DNA of 64,000 nucleotides from Vicinamibacterales bacterium (lineage in GTDB: Bacteria; Acidobacteriota; Vicinamibacteria; Vicinamibacterales; UBA8438): assembly GCA_965221595.1 (NCBI GenBank), contig OZ244900.1:2159736-2223735 (forward strand), given 5' to 3'. Both the position numbers and the translations under genes were made by a program. Position 1 is the first letter of the stretch. The number at the start of each line of letters is the position of its first letter. Below, piece after piece: positions 42,915 through 53,295 of the stretch. The notes beneath the pieces were generated by a model. That model was not told where the DNA came from and did not search any database. It was given only the letters and a program-made list of their open reading frames with translations.

Positions 42915-44251
42915 GCGGCAGTGAAGCGATTCATGAAGGCCGTGCTGAGCTCGCCGCGCCGAAAATCCGCATCGTCGAGGATCCGCCGGTGCAACGGCAC
43001 CGTCGTTTCGATGCCTTCGATGACGGTCATGTCCAGTGCCCGGCGCATCCGCGCGACGGCTTCCGCGCGGTCGATCCCGTGTGTGATGACCTTCGCCACC
43101 AGCGAGTCGTAGTAGGGCGGGATGGTGCAATCGGCGTGGGCGGCCGTGTCGATCCGGATGCCCGGTCCCCCGGGCAGGTTGAACACGCTGACCACGCCCG
43201 GACTCGGCCGGAAGGTCTCCGAAGACTCGGCGTTGATGCGGCATTCCAGCGCGTGGCCGCGCCACGTAATGTCCCTTTGCCGGAACGATAGCGGCGCGCC
43301 GGCCGCGATCCGAATCTGCTCCTTGACGATGTCGGTACCGGTCACCATCTCGGTGACTGGATGCTCCACCTGCAGGCGGGCGTTCACTTCCAGGAAGTAG
43401 AAGCGCCCCTTTTCGTCCATCAGGAACTCGAACGTGCCCGCGTTGCGGTAACCGACGGCGCGCGCGGCGTCGGTTACGAGCCGACCCAGCTTGCGGCGCC
43501 GGTGCGGCGTGAGCACGGCCGAAGGACACTCCTCGACCAGCTTCTGGTGGCGGCGCTGAATGGAGCACTCGCGCTCGCCGAGATGGACGACGCGGCCGTG
43601 GTGATCGGCCAGCACCTGGAACTCGATATGCCGCGGCGCCGCGACGTACTGCTCCAGGTAGATGCTGCCGTTACCGAAGGCCGCCGCGGCTTCCTGCTGC
43701 GCCGTCGTCCAGGCCGGCCCCAGCTCGTCCGGCCCCTCCACGATGCGCATGCCGCGCCCCCCACCGCCCGCGGTCGCCTTCAGCATGAGGGGGTACTCGA
43801 GCCGCGCCGCCGCCCGCAGTGCTTCGGCCGCGCTCGCGGGCGGCTCCTCGGTACCGGGCAGCACCGGCAACCCCGCGCGTTGCATGGCACGGCGCGCCTG
43901 CGTCTTGTCGCCCATCAGCCGCAGCACGGCGGAAGGCGGGCCGATGAACGTGATCCCGCAGGCTTCGACTGCCTCGGCCAGGTCGCCGCTCTCCGAGAGG
44001 AACCCGTAGCCGGGATGGATGGCGTCGGCCCTCGTGATCTCCGCGGCGCTGACGATGGCAGGAACGTTCAGGTAGCTCTCGATCGGCCGCGGCGGGCCGA
44101 TGCAGACCTCCTCGTCGGCGAACCGCACGTGCAATGCGTGCTCGTCGGCCTCGGAATAGACGGCGACCGTCGCGATGCCTAGCTCCCGGCAGGCATGGAT
44201 GACCCGCAGGGCGATCTCCCCGCGGTTCGCGATGAGGATCTTCTTGAACAT
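42911..44251 (-). CDS. accC: acetyl-CoA carboxylase, biotin carboxylase subunit
   Basis: MFKKILIANRGEIALRVIHACRELGI.TVAVYSEAD..ALHV..ADE.VCIGP...SYLN...GYGFLSE...KA.AGGGGRGMR...EMN.R.QVEHPVTE. Internal ATG at 44251. Confidence 0.95.
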   Translation of the reverse strand: MFKKILIANRGEIALRVIHACRELGIATVAVYSEADEHALHVRFADEEVCIGPPRPIESYLNVPAIVSAAEITRADAIHPGYGFLSESGDLAEAVEACGITFIGPPSAVLRLMGDKTQARRAMQRAGLPVLPGTEEPPASAAEALRAAARLEYPLMLKATAGGGGRGMRIVEGPDELGPAWTTAQQEAAAAFGNGSIYLEQYVAAPRHIEFQVLADHHGRVVHLGERECSIQRRHQKLVEECPSAVLTPHRRRKLGRLVTDAARAVGYRNAGTFEFLMDEKGRFYFLEVNARLQVEHPVTEMVTGTDIVKEQIRIAAGAPLSFRQRDITWRGHALECRINAESSETFRPSPGVVSVFNLPGGPGIRIDTAAHADCTIPPYYDSLVAKVITHGIDRAEAVARMRRALDMTVIEGIETTVPLHRRILDDADFRRGELSTAFMNRFTAA

Positions 44252-44348
44252 GAATCGTGGCGGGGACCTCGAGCAGCCGTGGCGCAAGCCCGCGCCGCTC
44301 CCGCCGGGGCACACGTTGGGGAGTCCACCAGGGCTGCCGTGCAGACTC

Positions 44349-44804
<456 letters not shown>

Positions 44805-44856
44805 CCCGTCCCCGTCGACTCCGGCACCCTCCATCCCTGCCGGCCGCCGATCCCGC

Positions 44857-46002
44857 TCAGCAGATGGTCAGGTCCCGCGCGACGTCGGTGAGAATCTCGC
44901 ACCCCGAAGCGGTCACCAGCACGTCGTCCTCTATGCGGACGCCCCCGCGGCCCGGCAGATATACGCCGGGCTCGACCGTGAACACCATTCCCGCCTGCAG
45001 CACGACATCCGAGGCGACACCTTGCAATCGGCGCGGCGAGGCAATCCGGGGCGCCTCGTGCACCTCGATGCCGAGCCCGTGGCCGGTTCCGTGGCCGAAG
45101 GCTTCCGCCAGCCCGTGCTGATCGAGCACGGAACGGGCCGCCGTGTCGACCTGGCTGGCCGAAATCCCAGGGCGGACGGCGGCAATCGCGGCTGTCTGCG
45201 CCGCGAGCACCGCCGCGTGGAGTCTCGTCGCCTCTGCAGTGGACCGACCGACGCAAGCCGTACGCGTCAGATCCACGCAGTATCCGTCGTATACGCCGCC
45301 GAAATCCACAACGACGAGGTCGCCGTCACCCAGCCGGCGCCCGCTCGGCCGCGCGTGCGGCAGGGCGCTCCGCGGGCCCGAGGCCACGATGGTCTCGAAT
45401 GCCCGATCATCGAAGCCGGCAGTTGCCAGTGCGTGCTCCACGTCGGCCGCCACCTCCCGCTCCGTGCGGCCGGCGCGCACCCTGTCCAGCGCGGACGGCA
45501 CAATCCCGGCCAGCAGGCGGCCGGCGGTGCGCAGGCGCTCGCACTCCGCGGCGTCCTTGACCAGCCGCTCGTCTTCCACGACTCCCTCGGTCGGCACCAG
45601 CGTCGCGTGGCCGGCCAGGCTGCCGCTCAGCCACTGCCAGCGCGCCAGGGTCAGGTGACCGGCCTCGACGCCGACGCGCGCGAGGCCGCGCTCCCGCACG
45701 AGATCCCGGATGGCCTCGTCGTACGACCCGGGCACCCGGGTAACGACCAGACTCGCCGGTGACGCAGCCGAGTCCGCCAGTGCGCGGGCCGCCGTCTCGT
45801 ACCGCGCATCCGTCACGAGCGTGACCTGCCCGGCATCCACGAGCAGCGCGGCTGCGCTCGCGCGCAGGCCGCTCAGGTAGTAGACGTTGGCGAGGTGGGT
45901 GACCAGCAGGCCGTCGACGCCCAGCGCCGAGGCGCGGTCGCGAACGCGGGTGATTCGAGAGTCGATGGCAGCGCCCGTCGTCTGCATGGGCAGCATGAGC
46001 AT
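44857..46002 (-). CDS. pepP: Xaa-Pro aminopeptidase (M24B family)
   Basis: DLVVVDFGGVYDGYCVDLTRT, FGHGTGHGLGIEVHE and GMVFTVEPGVYLPGRGGVRIEDDVLV are the M24 metal-ligand blocks. Confidence 0.85.
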   Translation of the reverse strand: MLMLPMQTTGAAIDSRITRVRDRASALGVDGLLVTHLANVYYLSGLRASAAALLVDAGQVTLVTDARYETAARALADSAASPASLVVTRVPGSYDEAIRDLVRERGLARVGVEAGHLTLARWQWLSGSLAGHATLVPTEGVVEDERLVKDAAECERLRTAGRLLAGIVPSALDRVRAGRTEREVAADVEHALATAGFDDRAFETIVASGPRSALPHARPSGRRLGDGDLVVVDFGGVYDGYCVDLTRTACVGRSTAEATRLHAAVLAAQTAAIAAVRPGISASQVDTAARSVLDQHGLAEAFGHGTGHGLGIEVHEAPRIASPRRLQGVASDVVLQAGMVFTVEPGVYLPGRGGVRIEDDVLVTASGCEILTDVARDLTIC

Positions 46003-46063
46003 GACAGCAAACGCCGTCTCGCGTCACGTGCGCAGGGGCTGCCCGGTAGCCGCCACGCCGCGT

Positions 46064-47449
46064 TCAGGGCACGATTCGAGGGGTGAGGAAGATCAACAAC
46101 TCGTCCGTCCGCCGCCGATCCGCCCTGCTCCGGAAGAGCCATCCCAGCAGGGGGATGCGATGCAGGATGGGCACCCGGTTGTTCAGCGAGCTCTGTTCGC
46201 TCTCGAGAATCCCGCCGATGACCGTCGTGCCGCCCGAGACAACCTGCACCGTCGTGCTCGCGCGCTGCGTGACGATCGGCGGGAAGCCGTTGACTTGGCG
46301 GCCGAAGTCCGCGTAGCCGTTCTCGATCTCGATCTGCATGATCACGGTCTGGGCGGCGGTAATCTGCGGCGTCACGCGCATCGCGAGCGCGGCATCCTGG
46401 AACTGCACCGTCACCGTGTTGTTGGCAACGACCTGGATCGGTATCTGATCACCCTGCACGATCTCGGCCTGCACGTTGTTCTGCGTCGTCACCCGCGGAT
46501 GCGAGAGCAGCTTGACTTGGCCGTCGACCTCCGCCGCCGACAGAACCACGTCCAGATTCAGAGCACCATCGACCGACCCGAGGGAGAGCCCGAGCGCCGC
46601 GGCGGCAGTCGCGACCGGCAAATCGACAACCGTACCCACGTTCTCGGTCGACGGCGCCTGCCCGTCGGCGGCCGCTGCCGCGGGGCCCTGCGTCCCGAGG
46701 CGGCCGCTCACACTACCCCGGCCGGGAAACGCCCGCGGCGCGGCGCCGCCGGGCTGCGGGACGACCCGGCCGGTCACGCCCCACTGCACGCCGATGGCGC
46801 GCGCGAACTCCTGGCCGGCCTGGACGATGCGCGCCTCGATCTCCACCTGGGGCTGTGGCCGGTCCAGCTCGTCGAGCAGCCGCTCGGCGGACGCAACGCG
46901 TTCGCGGAGGTCCGTGACGATGAGCGTATTGGTCCGCTCATCGGTCTGGACCTGGCCGCGCGCCGAGAGCAGCGGAGTCACCAGGTCCGCCATGGACGGC
47001 GCCCGCGCGTAGCTCAGCGTCCTGGTGCGGACCACCAGCTCCCCGGCCAGCGCGCGTGCTTCCGCCAGCTCGCGCCGCTGCGCCTCCTCGTCGGCCAGAA
47101 CCGCGAGCGGCGCAATACGCACGACCGTACCGTCTACCGCGTAGCCGAGTCGATTCGTGCGCAGGATGACGTCGAGCGCCTGGTCCCACGGTATGTCGGT
47201 GAGGAATACGTCGACAACGCCGCCAACCTGTGGATCGATGACGACGTTCAGGCCGCCGATCTCGGCAAATGTGCGGAGAACCGCGCGCAGATCGGCGTTC
47301 TGGAAGTCCAGCGATACCGCCTCCCCCGTGAACGGCGGCTGCGGTCGACCGGACGGCGGCGCCGGCGCGGCACCCGCGGCCGCAACGCACGGGCCGACGC
47401 TCACACCGAGAAGCGATACCAGTCCGATGCGGGCGAGAGCTCGCAGCAC
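46064..47449 (-). CDS. pilQ: type IV pilus secretin PilQ
   Basis: Secretin N domains (VSLDFQNADLRAVLRTFAEIGGLNVVID, RTRTLSYARAPSMADLV..LLS.RG.VQTDERTNTLIVTD) and the secretin C domain (PIVTQRASTTVQV.SGGTTVIGGI...VPILHRIPLLGWLFRS......ELLIFLTPRIV). GTG start. Confidence 0.9.
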   Translation of the reverse strand: MLRALARIGLVSLLGVSVGPCVAAAGAAPAPPSGRPQPPFTGEAVSLDFQNADLRAVLRTFAEIGGLNVVIDPQVGGVVDVFLTDIPWDQALDVILRTNRLGYAVDGTVVRIAPLAVLADEEAQRRELAEARALAGELVVRTRTLSYARAPSMADLVTPLLSARGQVQTDERTNTLIVTDLRERVASAERLLDELDRPQPQVEIEARIVQAGQEFARAIGVQWGVTGRVVPQPGGAAPRAFPGRGSVSGRLGTQGPAAAAADGQAPSTENVGTVVDLPVATAAAALGLSLGSVDGALNLDVVLSAAEVDGQVKLLSHPRVTTQNNVQAEIVQGDQIPIQVVANNTVTVQFQDAALAMRVTPQITAAQTVIMQIEIENGYADFGRQVNGFPPIVTQRASTTVQVVSGGTTVIGGILESEQSSLNNRVPILHRIPLLGWLFRSRADRRRTDELLIFLTPRIVP

Positions 47450-48363
47450 TACCTTCCCTCCTGTGCCCGCGCGAGGACCTTGCGCACTTCGCGCCCCGCC
47501 CCGTCACGCGCGGCCTCGTCGAAGACCACGGCATCGTATGCGACCGCCCGCACGACGCCGTCGAGCAGGCGCTCCCCGCCGCGAACGAGGTACGTCCGCC
47601 CGCCGGGCGCCTCCAGCACGCCCAGGCGGCGCCCCCCGGCCAGCACCAGCCCCCGCAACGTGAGCTCGGCGACACGCACCCCGGCCAGCCCCCGCGGGCG
47701 TTCGACGACACCCGGGAGGCCCTCGCGGCCCCGGCGCGGGTCGACGAAGGGGTCGCGGCGCCCGCGCGGGTCGTACGTCGACCGCAGCCCCTCCGGCGGC
47801 GCGGCCAGCGCCGGATGGAACGTCGTGACGAGGCAGGCCGCAGCGATCGTGGCGCCGGGCACGGGCGGCTCGATCGCACGCAGATCGAGCTCACGAATCC
47901 GGACCATCCGCGGCAGCCTGCCTACGTGTTCGAGGAAGCGAACCAGGTCATGAAACGTCCCACTCAGCTCGAGCCGGCTGCCCCGCTCCTCGTAGAGCTC
48001 CCGCAGCTCCGCCGCCTGCGGCGCAAAGCCGCGGATCGCCAGACTCGACGCGCTCGCCAGGGTCTGCAGTCGCCGCAGCAGCGCGCCCGTATCCCACGCG
48101 TCAGCGGCGACGCTTCCCCGCCGGTCGATGCGTCGCTCGCGCGCCGCGATCCGCGCCGCGAGCTCCGACCGCCGCCGCTCGGCCTGCCGGGCGGCGGCAA
48201 TTTCCTGGCGCGTCCGTGTCAGGTCCTGCTCCCGGCGCACGATGTCGCGGCGCGCGGGCACGATCCACGCGGCGTGGAATAGCAGCACCCCCAACCCGGC
48301 AACCACCAGCAGGGCACCGGCCCAGCCGTACCGCCGCAGCCCATCCAGTCGCTGCCTCATCAT
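47449..48363 (-). CDS. pilO/pilP: type IV pilus assembly protein, apparent PilO-PilP fusion
   Basis: The N-terminal ~190 aa are PilO-like: a TM (GWAGALLVVAGLGVLLF), a coiled coil, and LELSGTFHDLVRFLEHVGRLPRMVRIRELDL. The C-terminal ~100 aa are PilP-like: RRDPFVDP...VAELTLRGLVLAGGRRLGVLEAPGGRTYLVRGGERLLDGVVRAVAYDAVVF. Confidence 0.75.
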   Translation of the reverse strand: MMRQRLDGLRRYGWAGALLVVAGLGVLLFHAAWIVPARRDIVRREQDLTRTRQEIAAARQAERRRSELAARIAARERRIDRRGSVAADAWDTGALLRRLQTLASASSLAIRGFAPQAAELRELYEERGSRLELSGTFHDLVRFLEHVGRLPRMVRIRELDLRAIEPPVPGATIAAACLVTTFHPALAAPPEGLRSTYDPRGRRDPFVDPRRGREGLPGVVERPRGLAGVRVAELTLRGLVLAGGRRLGVLEAPGGRTYLVRGGERLLDGVVRAVAYDAVVFDEAARDGAGREVRKVLARAQEGR

Positions 48364-48375
48364 CCCTGCTCCTCC

Positions 48376-48942
48376 CTACGGCGGCGGCGCGCCGAAGCGC
48401 ACGCGCAGCGCGAATCGCAACGTTTCCCCCGCCGGCGCGTCCGTGGACTGGCTGTCGATGATCTCGACGCCCGGCAGCACCTGGCCCGACTGCTCCAGGT
48501 TGGTCACGAAATCCGAGAGCGCGTGCAGGCTCGCGGCATGCCCCTCCACGACGACGCCGTCCGCCGATTGGCTGAGGGTGGCCAGCCACAAACCATCGGG
48601 GACGCTGCCGCCGATTGCGTCGAGCATGCGGACCGGAGCCGCCCGCGCCCGGCGCAGCTCCTCCAGCAGGGCCTCCCGGCTCTCGAGGCTCGCTCGGCGA
48701 GCCTCGAGAGCCGCCAGATCGTCGGCGACCGGTGTCAGCCGCCCCAGCGTCCGCTGCGCGGCGGCCAGCTCCTCGTCCAGCTGCGACGCTCGCAGGTGCA
48801 GCGACCGGGCGTGCCAGCCGCTGGCGGCTGCAGCCACCAGCAGCAGCGCGACGCAGCCGAGCGCCAGCGGCCGGGGGACACCGGTGGCGGCAGTCCGCTG
48901 CCGCGGGACGCGGTCGCCGGCCAGCAGGTTGACGCGGATCAT
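48376..48942 (-). CDS. pilN: type IV pilus assembly protein PilN
   Basis: MIRVNLLAGDR..., a TM segment, a coiled coil, and LDAIGGSVPDGLWLATLSQSADGVVVEGHAASLHALSDFVTNLEQS. Confidence 0.85.
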   Translation of the reverse strand: MIRVNLLAGDRVPRQRTAATGVPRPLALGCVALLLVAAAASGWHARSLHLRASQLDEELAAAQRTLGRLTPVADDLAALEARRASLESREALLEELRRARAAPVRMLDAIGGSVPDGLWLATLSQSADGVVVEGHAASLHALSDFVTNLEQSGQVLPGVEIIDSQSTDAPAGETLRFALRVRFGAPPP

Positions 48943-50069
48943 CGGTCCCCGACCCGGCGCAGGGCGAGCCCGGCGGCCACGACGGCAAGCGGCCCGAGTG
49001 CCCCCCGCTGCTCCTCGCTGACGCGCCCCTCCAGGACCGTCATGCCCTGGAACGGATCGAGCGGAGCGACCGGCGCGTGGAGTGCACTCTCCAGCGCGCG
49101 CGCGAGCCCGGCGACGCGGGACGTGCCGCCGCTGAGCAACAACGCCCGAATTCCGCTCGCCGGATTGGCCGCCCGAAACAGATCGAGAGTCCGAGCGATC
49201 TCCATGACGAGGTCGTCGGTGACTGCGCCCAGGACGGCTTCCGCGTCGCGGTACGTGTGCCCGGCAACCGGCGTGCCCGCCTTCAACCGCTCCGCATCGC
49301 CGAAGCCGAGGTCGAGCGCCTGCTGCAAGGCCTCCGTATACGCGTTGCCGCCGATGGCCACATCCCGCGTGTAGACGGGTTGGCCGTCCTGGACGACGCT
49401 GAGGTTGGTCGCAGCAGCGCCGGCGTTGAGCAGCACGACGGCAGCGCCGGGTTCGGCGCCGTGGCCTCGCTCGTAGGCGTTCTGGAGCGCGAAGACGTCG
49501 ACATCCACCACCACCGGGATACGGCCGGCACGGGTGACGGCGTCGGTGTATTCCGCAATGCGATCCCTCCTGGCAGCCACGAGCAGCACCTCGAGCGTGC
49601 GCTCGCCCACCACCGCCTCCGCGGGCGGGGTGAGCACCTGATAGTCCAGGTTGACGTCCGCCACGTCGAACGGCAGGCAGCGCTTCGCCTCCCAGTAGAT
49701 CGACGTGCGCAACTCGTCGGGACTCATCCCGGGCAGGGTGATCCGCTTGACGATGACGGCGTTACCCGCGAGCGAGACGGCCACGCGCGGATTCCGGATC
49801 GCATGGTCCGCGAAGACCTTGCGGATGGCGGCCGTCACGGCGTCGGGGTCGGCGATGGCGCCCTCGACGATTGCGCCGCGCGGCAGCGGCTCGATCCCCA
49901 GCGCCACGATGAGATGAGACTCGCCGTTGCGGCGAAGACGTACGGCCTTGACCGCGGTCGTACCGATGTCGAGCCCTACCAGCGAAGTGCCGCGCCGGCG
50001 ACGGCGCCGGCGGGCGCCGGGACGTGCGTCCGACCGCGTGCGGGTGTCGCGAGTGTAATGATTGCTCAC
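48939..50069 (-). CDS. pilM: type IV pilus assembly ATPase-like protein PilM
   Basis: LVGLDIGTTAVKAVRL......LPRGAIVEGAIADPDAV...LAGNAVIVKRITLPGMSPDEL...IYWEAKRCLPFDV.DV.LDYQVL......LLSGGTS. I chose GTG 50069 (376 aa). Track ATG 50327 would run through the rplM promoter and start. Confidence 0.85.
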   Translation of the reverse strand: MSNHYTRDTRTRSDARPGARRRRRRRGTSLVGLDIGTTAVKAVRLRRNGESHLIVALGIEPLPRGAIVEGAIADPDAVTAAIRKVFADHAIRNPRVAVSLAGNAVIVKRITLPGMSPDELRTSIYWEAKRCLPFDVADVNLDYQVLTPPAEAVVGERTLEVLLVAARRDRIAEYTDAVTRAGRIPVVVDVDVFALQNAYERGHGAEPGAAVVLLNAGAAATNLSVVQDGQPVYTRDVAIGGNAYTEALQQALDLGFGDAERLKAGTPVAGHTYRDAEAVLGAVTDDLVMEIARTLDLFRAANPASGIRALLLSGGTSRVAGLARALESALHAPVAPLDPFQGMTVLEGRVSEEQRGALGPLAVVAAGLALRRVGDR

Positions 50070-50122
50070 CGTGCCGGCTCCCCGGGTTGCCGCCGCTGCC
50101 GCCCTGCCGGGGCGGCCGATTC

Positions 50123-50152
50123 TTGACTCTCCGTCGCCAAGCTCTGTAAGAT
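50123..50152 (+). promoter_or_regulatory. sigma70-like promoter candidate for rplM-rpsI(-rpsB...)
   Basis: TTGACT (50123-50128), an 18-nt spacer, then TAAGAT (50147-50152), about 54 nt upstream of the rplM ATG. Confidence 0.45.
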
Positions 50153-50205
50153 TGCCGCTTGGCTGCGCGCCGGATACGTTCACGGTGCGCCCGATTCGAT
50201 TACAG

Positions 50206-50637
50206 ATGGCAACCTTCGTACCAACCCGCAACGACCGGCAGGACGTCTGGCATGTGATCGATGCCGGGTCGCATGCGCTCGGGCGTGTCGCGACCGTCGC
50301 CGCGCGGCTGCTGCAGGGCAAGCACAAGCCCAGCTACACGCCGTTCCTGGACCTCGGCGATCACGTCATCATCGTCAATGCCAGGCAGGTGCGACTGACC
50401 GGCCGCAAGGAAAACCAGAAGCTCTACCGCCGGCACAGCGGCTACCAAGGCGGCCTGCGAGAACAGCAGGCCGCCACGGTGCGCAGCCGGTATCCGACCC
50501 GCATGGTCGAGCAGGCGGTGCGCGGAATGCTGCCCAAGACCCGGCTGGGCGCGGCCATCTATCGGAAGCTGAAGGTCTACGCCGGACCCGATCATCCGCA
50601 CGGAGCGCAACGACCCACCACGTACGAGGTGCGTTGA
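50206..50637 (+). CDS. rplM: 50S ribosomal protein L13
   Basis: W.VIDA....LGR.A...A..L.GKHKP.YTP..D.GD.VI..NA........K...K.Y.RHSGY.GGL. Internal ATG at 50206. Confidence 0.95.
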   Translation: MATFVPTRNDRQDVWHVIDAGSHALGRVATVAARLLQGKHKPSYTPFLDLGDHVIIVNARQVRLTGRKENQKLYRRHSGYQGGLREQQAATVRSRYPTRMVEQAVRGMLPKTRLGAAIYRKLKVYAGPDHPHGAQRPTTYEVR

Positions 50638-50639
50638 GG

Positions 50640-51029
50640 ATGGCAGTCGACTTCTACGGCACCGGCCGGCGCAAGACGTCGACGGCCCGCGTGTTTCTCA
50701 AGCCCGGCACGGGCACGATCAGCATCAATCGCAGGACCCTGGAAACCCACTTCCCCACTGCGTCGGTCCGCACGCGCATCACCGAGCCGCTCGAGCTGTG
50801 CGAGGTCGCCGACAAGTTCGACGTGCGCGCGACGGCGGCCGGTGGTGGGGTCGCCGGTCAGGCCGGCGCACTCAAGCTCGGCATTGCACGGGCGCTGGCG
50901 CTTGCCGACCCCGAGCTGCGGCCGCGCCTGAAGAAGGCGGGCATGCTCACGCGCGACGCGCGGGTCAAGGAGCGCAAGAAGTACGGGCTGGCGGGCGCCC
51001 GCAAGCGCTTCCAGTTCAGCAAGCGGTAA
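50640..51029 (+). CDS. rpsI: 30S ribosomal protein S9
   Basis: [24 protein letters not shown]......GGG..GQAGA...GIARAL.......R..LK.AG.LTRD.R.KERKKYG...ARK.FQFSKR. The start is ATG 50640 (the track uses TTG 50634). Confidence 0.95.
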   Translation: MAVDFYGTGRRKTSTARVFLKPGTGTISINRRTLETHFPTASVRTRITEPLELCEVADKFDVRATAAGGGVAGQAGALKLGIARALALADPELRPRLKKAGMLTRDARVKERKKYGLAGARKRFQFSKR

Positions 51030-51048
51030 TTCATCGGATGGAGGCAGC

Positions 51049-51843
51049 TTGGCGCCGATCACGCTGAAGGAACTGCTGGAGTCCGGAGTCCACTTCGGCC
51101 ACCAGACGCGACGGTGGAATCCGAAGATGAAGAAGTACATCTTCGGCGAGCGGAACGGGATCTACGTCATCGACCTCGGCAAGACCGCCAGGCTGTTCAC
51201 GAAAGCGGAGGAGTTCGTCTCCCGCCTCGCGAACGACGGCCGCAAGATTCTCTTCGTCGGCACCAAGCGCCAGGCTCAGGACCTGATTCAGGAAGAGGCC
51301 CAGCGCTGCGGGATGTACTTCGTCAACCAGCGCTGGCTGGGCGGCCTGTTGACGAACTTCATGACGATTCAGCGCAGCATTGGACGCCTCCGCGAGCTCG
51401 AGTCGATGGCCGAGGACGGCCGTTACGAGTCGCTCTCGAAGAAGGAAATAGCCCGCATCGAGAAGGAGAAGCGGAAGCTCCACAAGAACCTCGATGGAAT
51501 CCGCCAGATGACCCGGCTGCCGGACGCGGTCTTCGTCGTGGACACCCGCAAGGAGAAGATTGCCGTCGACGAAGCCCGCACGCTCAAGATTCCGGTGATC
51601 GGGATCGTCGACACCAACTGCAATCCGGACGATGTCGACTACATCATCCCCGGAAACGACGACGCGCTGCGGTCGATTCGCCTCTTCGTGACCCGCATCG
51701 CCGATGCAGTCATCACGGGTCGCGGCCTGCGCGAGGCCGCGCAGGAGGCTGCCGGAGGCGATAACGGTGCGCGTGACCGTGCCGGATCCGCACCGGCGCC
51801 CAAGGCTGCGCCCACGCAGGCGCACTCCCCCGCCTCGGTCTGA
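51049..51843 (+). CDS. rpsB: 30S ribosomal protein S2
   Basis: [31 protein letters not shown]......FVGTK.QA......A.R.GM.FVN.RWLGG.LTN. TTG start at 51049 with GGAGG upstream, only 19 nt after rpsI. Confidence 0.95.
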   Translation: MAPITLKELLESGVHFGHQTRRWNPKMKKYIFGERNGIYVIDLGKTARLFTKAEEFVSRLANDGRKILFVGTKRQAQDLIQEEAQRCGMYFVNQRWLGGLLTNFMTIQRSIGRLRELESMAEDGRYESLSKKEIARIEKEKRKLHKNLDGIRQMTRLPDAVFVVDTRKEKIAVDEARTLKIPVIGIVDTNCNPDDVDYIIPGNDDALRSIRLFVTRIADAVITGRGLREAAQEAAGGDNGARDRAGSAPAPKAAPTQAHSPASV

Positions 51844-51860
51844 CGCGTCCGAACTTGACC

Positions 51861-52463
51861 ATGCCGATCAGTGCGACACAGGTAAAGCAACTCCGAGACA
51901 TCACCGGCGCGGGCTTCATGGAGTGCAAGTCGGCGCTCGGGGAAGCCGACGGCGATCTCGACAAGGCCGTCACGGTGCTGCGCACCCGCGGCCAGGCCAA
52001 GGCAGCCAGGCGCGCCGGGCGGACCACCGCCGAGGGACTGGTCGGCCACTACGTGCATCTGGGCGGCCAGGTCGGCGTGCTGGTGGAGGTCAACTGCGAG
52101 TCCGATTTCGTGGCCCGCACGGACGACTTTCGGACGCTCGTCAAGGAAGTGGCGATGCACGTCGCCGCAGCCAACCCCACGTGCGTGCGCCGCGACGAGG
52201 TGCCGGCCGACGATCTGGAGCGGGAACGCGACATCGTCCGCGCACAGTTCGCCGACTCCAACAAGCCGCCGCAGATCGTCGACAAGATCGTCGAGGGCAA
52301 GCTCAACAGCTACTACGAGCAGGTGGTCCTGCTCGATCAGCCGTCGATTCGGGATCCCAAAACGACGATCGGCGAGATGGTCAATGCGGCCATCGCCAAA
52401 CTGGGCGAGAACATAACCATCGCCCGCTTTGCGCGCTTCAAGGTAGGCGAGTCGCCCACGTAG
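51861..52463 (+). CDS. tsf: elongation factor Ts (short form)
   Basis: [38 protein letters not shown].....R...EG......[13 protein letters not shown]...F. ATG 51861 (the track uses TTG 51855). Confidence 0.95.
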   Translation: MPISATQVKQLRDITGAGFMECKSALGEADGDLDKAVTVLRTRGQAKAARRAGRTTAEGLVGHYVHLGGQVGVLVEVNCESDFVARTDDFRTLVKEVAMHVAAANPTCVRRDEVPADDLERERDIVRAQFADSNKPPQIVDKIVEGKLNSYYEQVVLLDQPSIRDPKTTIGEMVNAAIAKLGENITIARFARFKVGESPT

Positions 52464-52551
52464 CGTCCGAGCGGTCCGTGGCACGAGTCTCGCTGCTTCC
52501 GGTCAGCAACGCGTCGGGTGCGGGCGGACGGCCCACCGCAGGGGCCCGAAG

Positions 52552-53271
52552 TTGACCGTGGCCGCCCCCTATCGGCGCGTCCTCCTCAAGCTGTCGGGTG
52601 AAGCCCTCATGGGCGATCAGGCCTTCGGGATCGATCCGCCGGTGGCGGATCAGATTGCCCGCGAAATCGGCGAGATCCAGTCGCTCGGCGTGCAGACGGC
52701 CGTCGTGATCGGCGGCGGCAACTTCTTTCGCGGCCTCGCGGCCAGCGGGCGCGGTCTCGACCGGGCGACAGCCGACTACATGGGCATGCTCGCGACGGTC
52801 ATCAACGGCATGGCCCTGTCGGACGCCATCGAGCGGCAGGGAGTCGAGACGCGTCTCGTCACCGCGATCGAGATGCGCGAAGTGGCCGAGCCGTTCATCC
52901 GACGCCGTGCGATCCGGCATCTCGAGAAAGGTCGCGTGGTCGTCTTCGCGGCGGGCACCGGGAATCCGTACTTCACGACCGACACCGCCGCCGCCCTGCG
53001 CGCGATGGAGATCCGTGCGGAGGTGATCCTGAAGGCCACGAAGGTCGACGGCATCTTCACGGCCGATCCGCAGCTCGACCCGCAGGCGACGCGCCTCGAC
53101 TCGGTATCCTACCTGCAGGTGCTCGAGCAGCAGCTCAAGGTAATGGACGCCACCGCCATCTCGCTATGCATGGACAACAAGCTGCCGATCGTCGTGTTCA
53201 ACCTGCGCGTGCACGGGAACATCCGGCGGGCCGTCCTCGGCGAGCAGATCGGCTCGGTCGTGTCCGCGTGA
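52552..53271 (+). CDS. pyrH: UMP kinase
   Basis: [15 protein letters not shown]...FGID......IA.EI........[12 protein letters not shown]......[17 protein letters not shown].........[17 protein letters not shown]......KATKVDG. The start could be TTG 52552 or GTG 52558. Confidence 0.95.
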   Translation: MTVAAPYRRVLLKLSGEALMGDQAFGIDPPVADQIAREIGEIQSLGVQTAVVIGGGNFFRGLAASGRGLDRATADYMGMLATVINGMALSDAIERQGVETRLVTAIEMREVAEPFIRRRAIRHLEKGRVVVFAAGTGNPYFTTDTAAALRAMEIRAEVILKATKVDGIFTADPQLDPQATRLDSVSYLQVLEQQLKVMDATAISLCMDNKLPIVVFNLRVHGNIRRAVLGEQIGSVVSA

Positions 53272-53295
53272 GCGTGTTCCCGCCGAGGTGAGACC

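Noticed and set aside
42915-43000. TPP riboswitch expected upstream of thiE
   Set aside because: The thiE start overlaps the accC stop, so the upstream sequence is accC coding sequence and there is no space for an aptamer.
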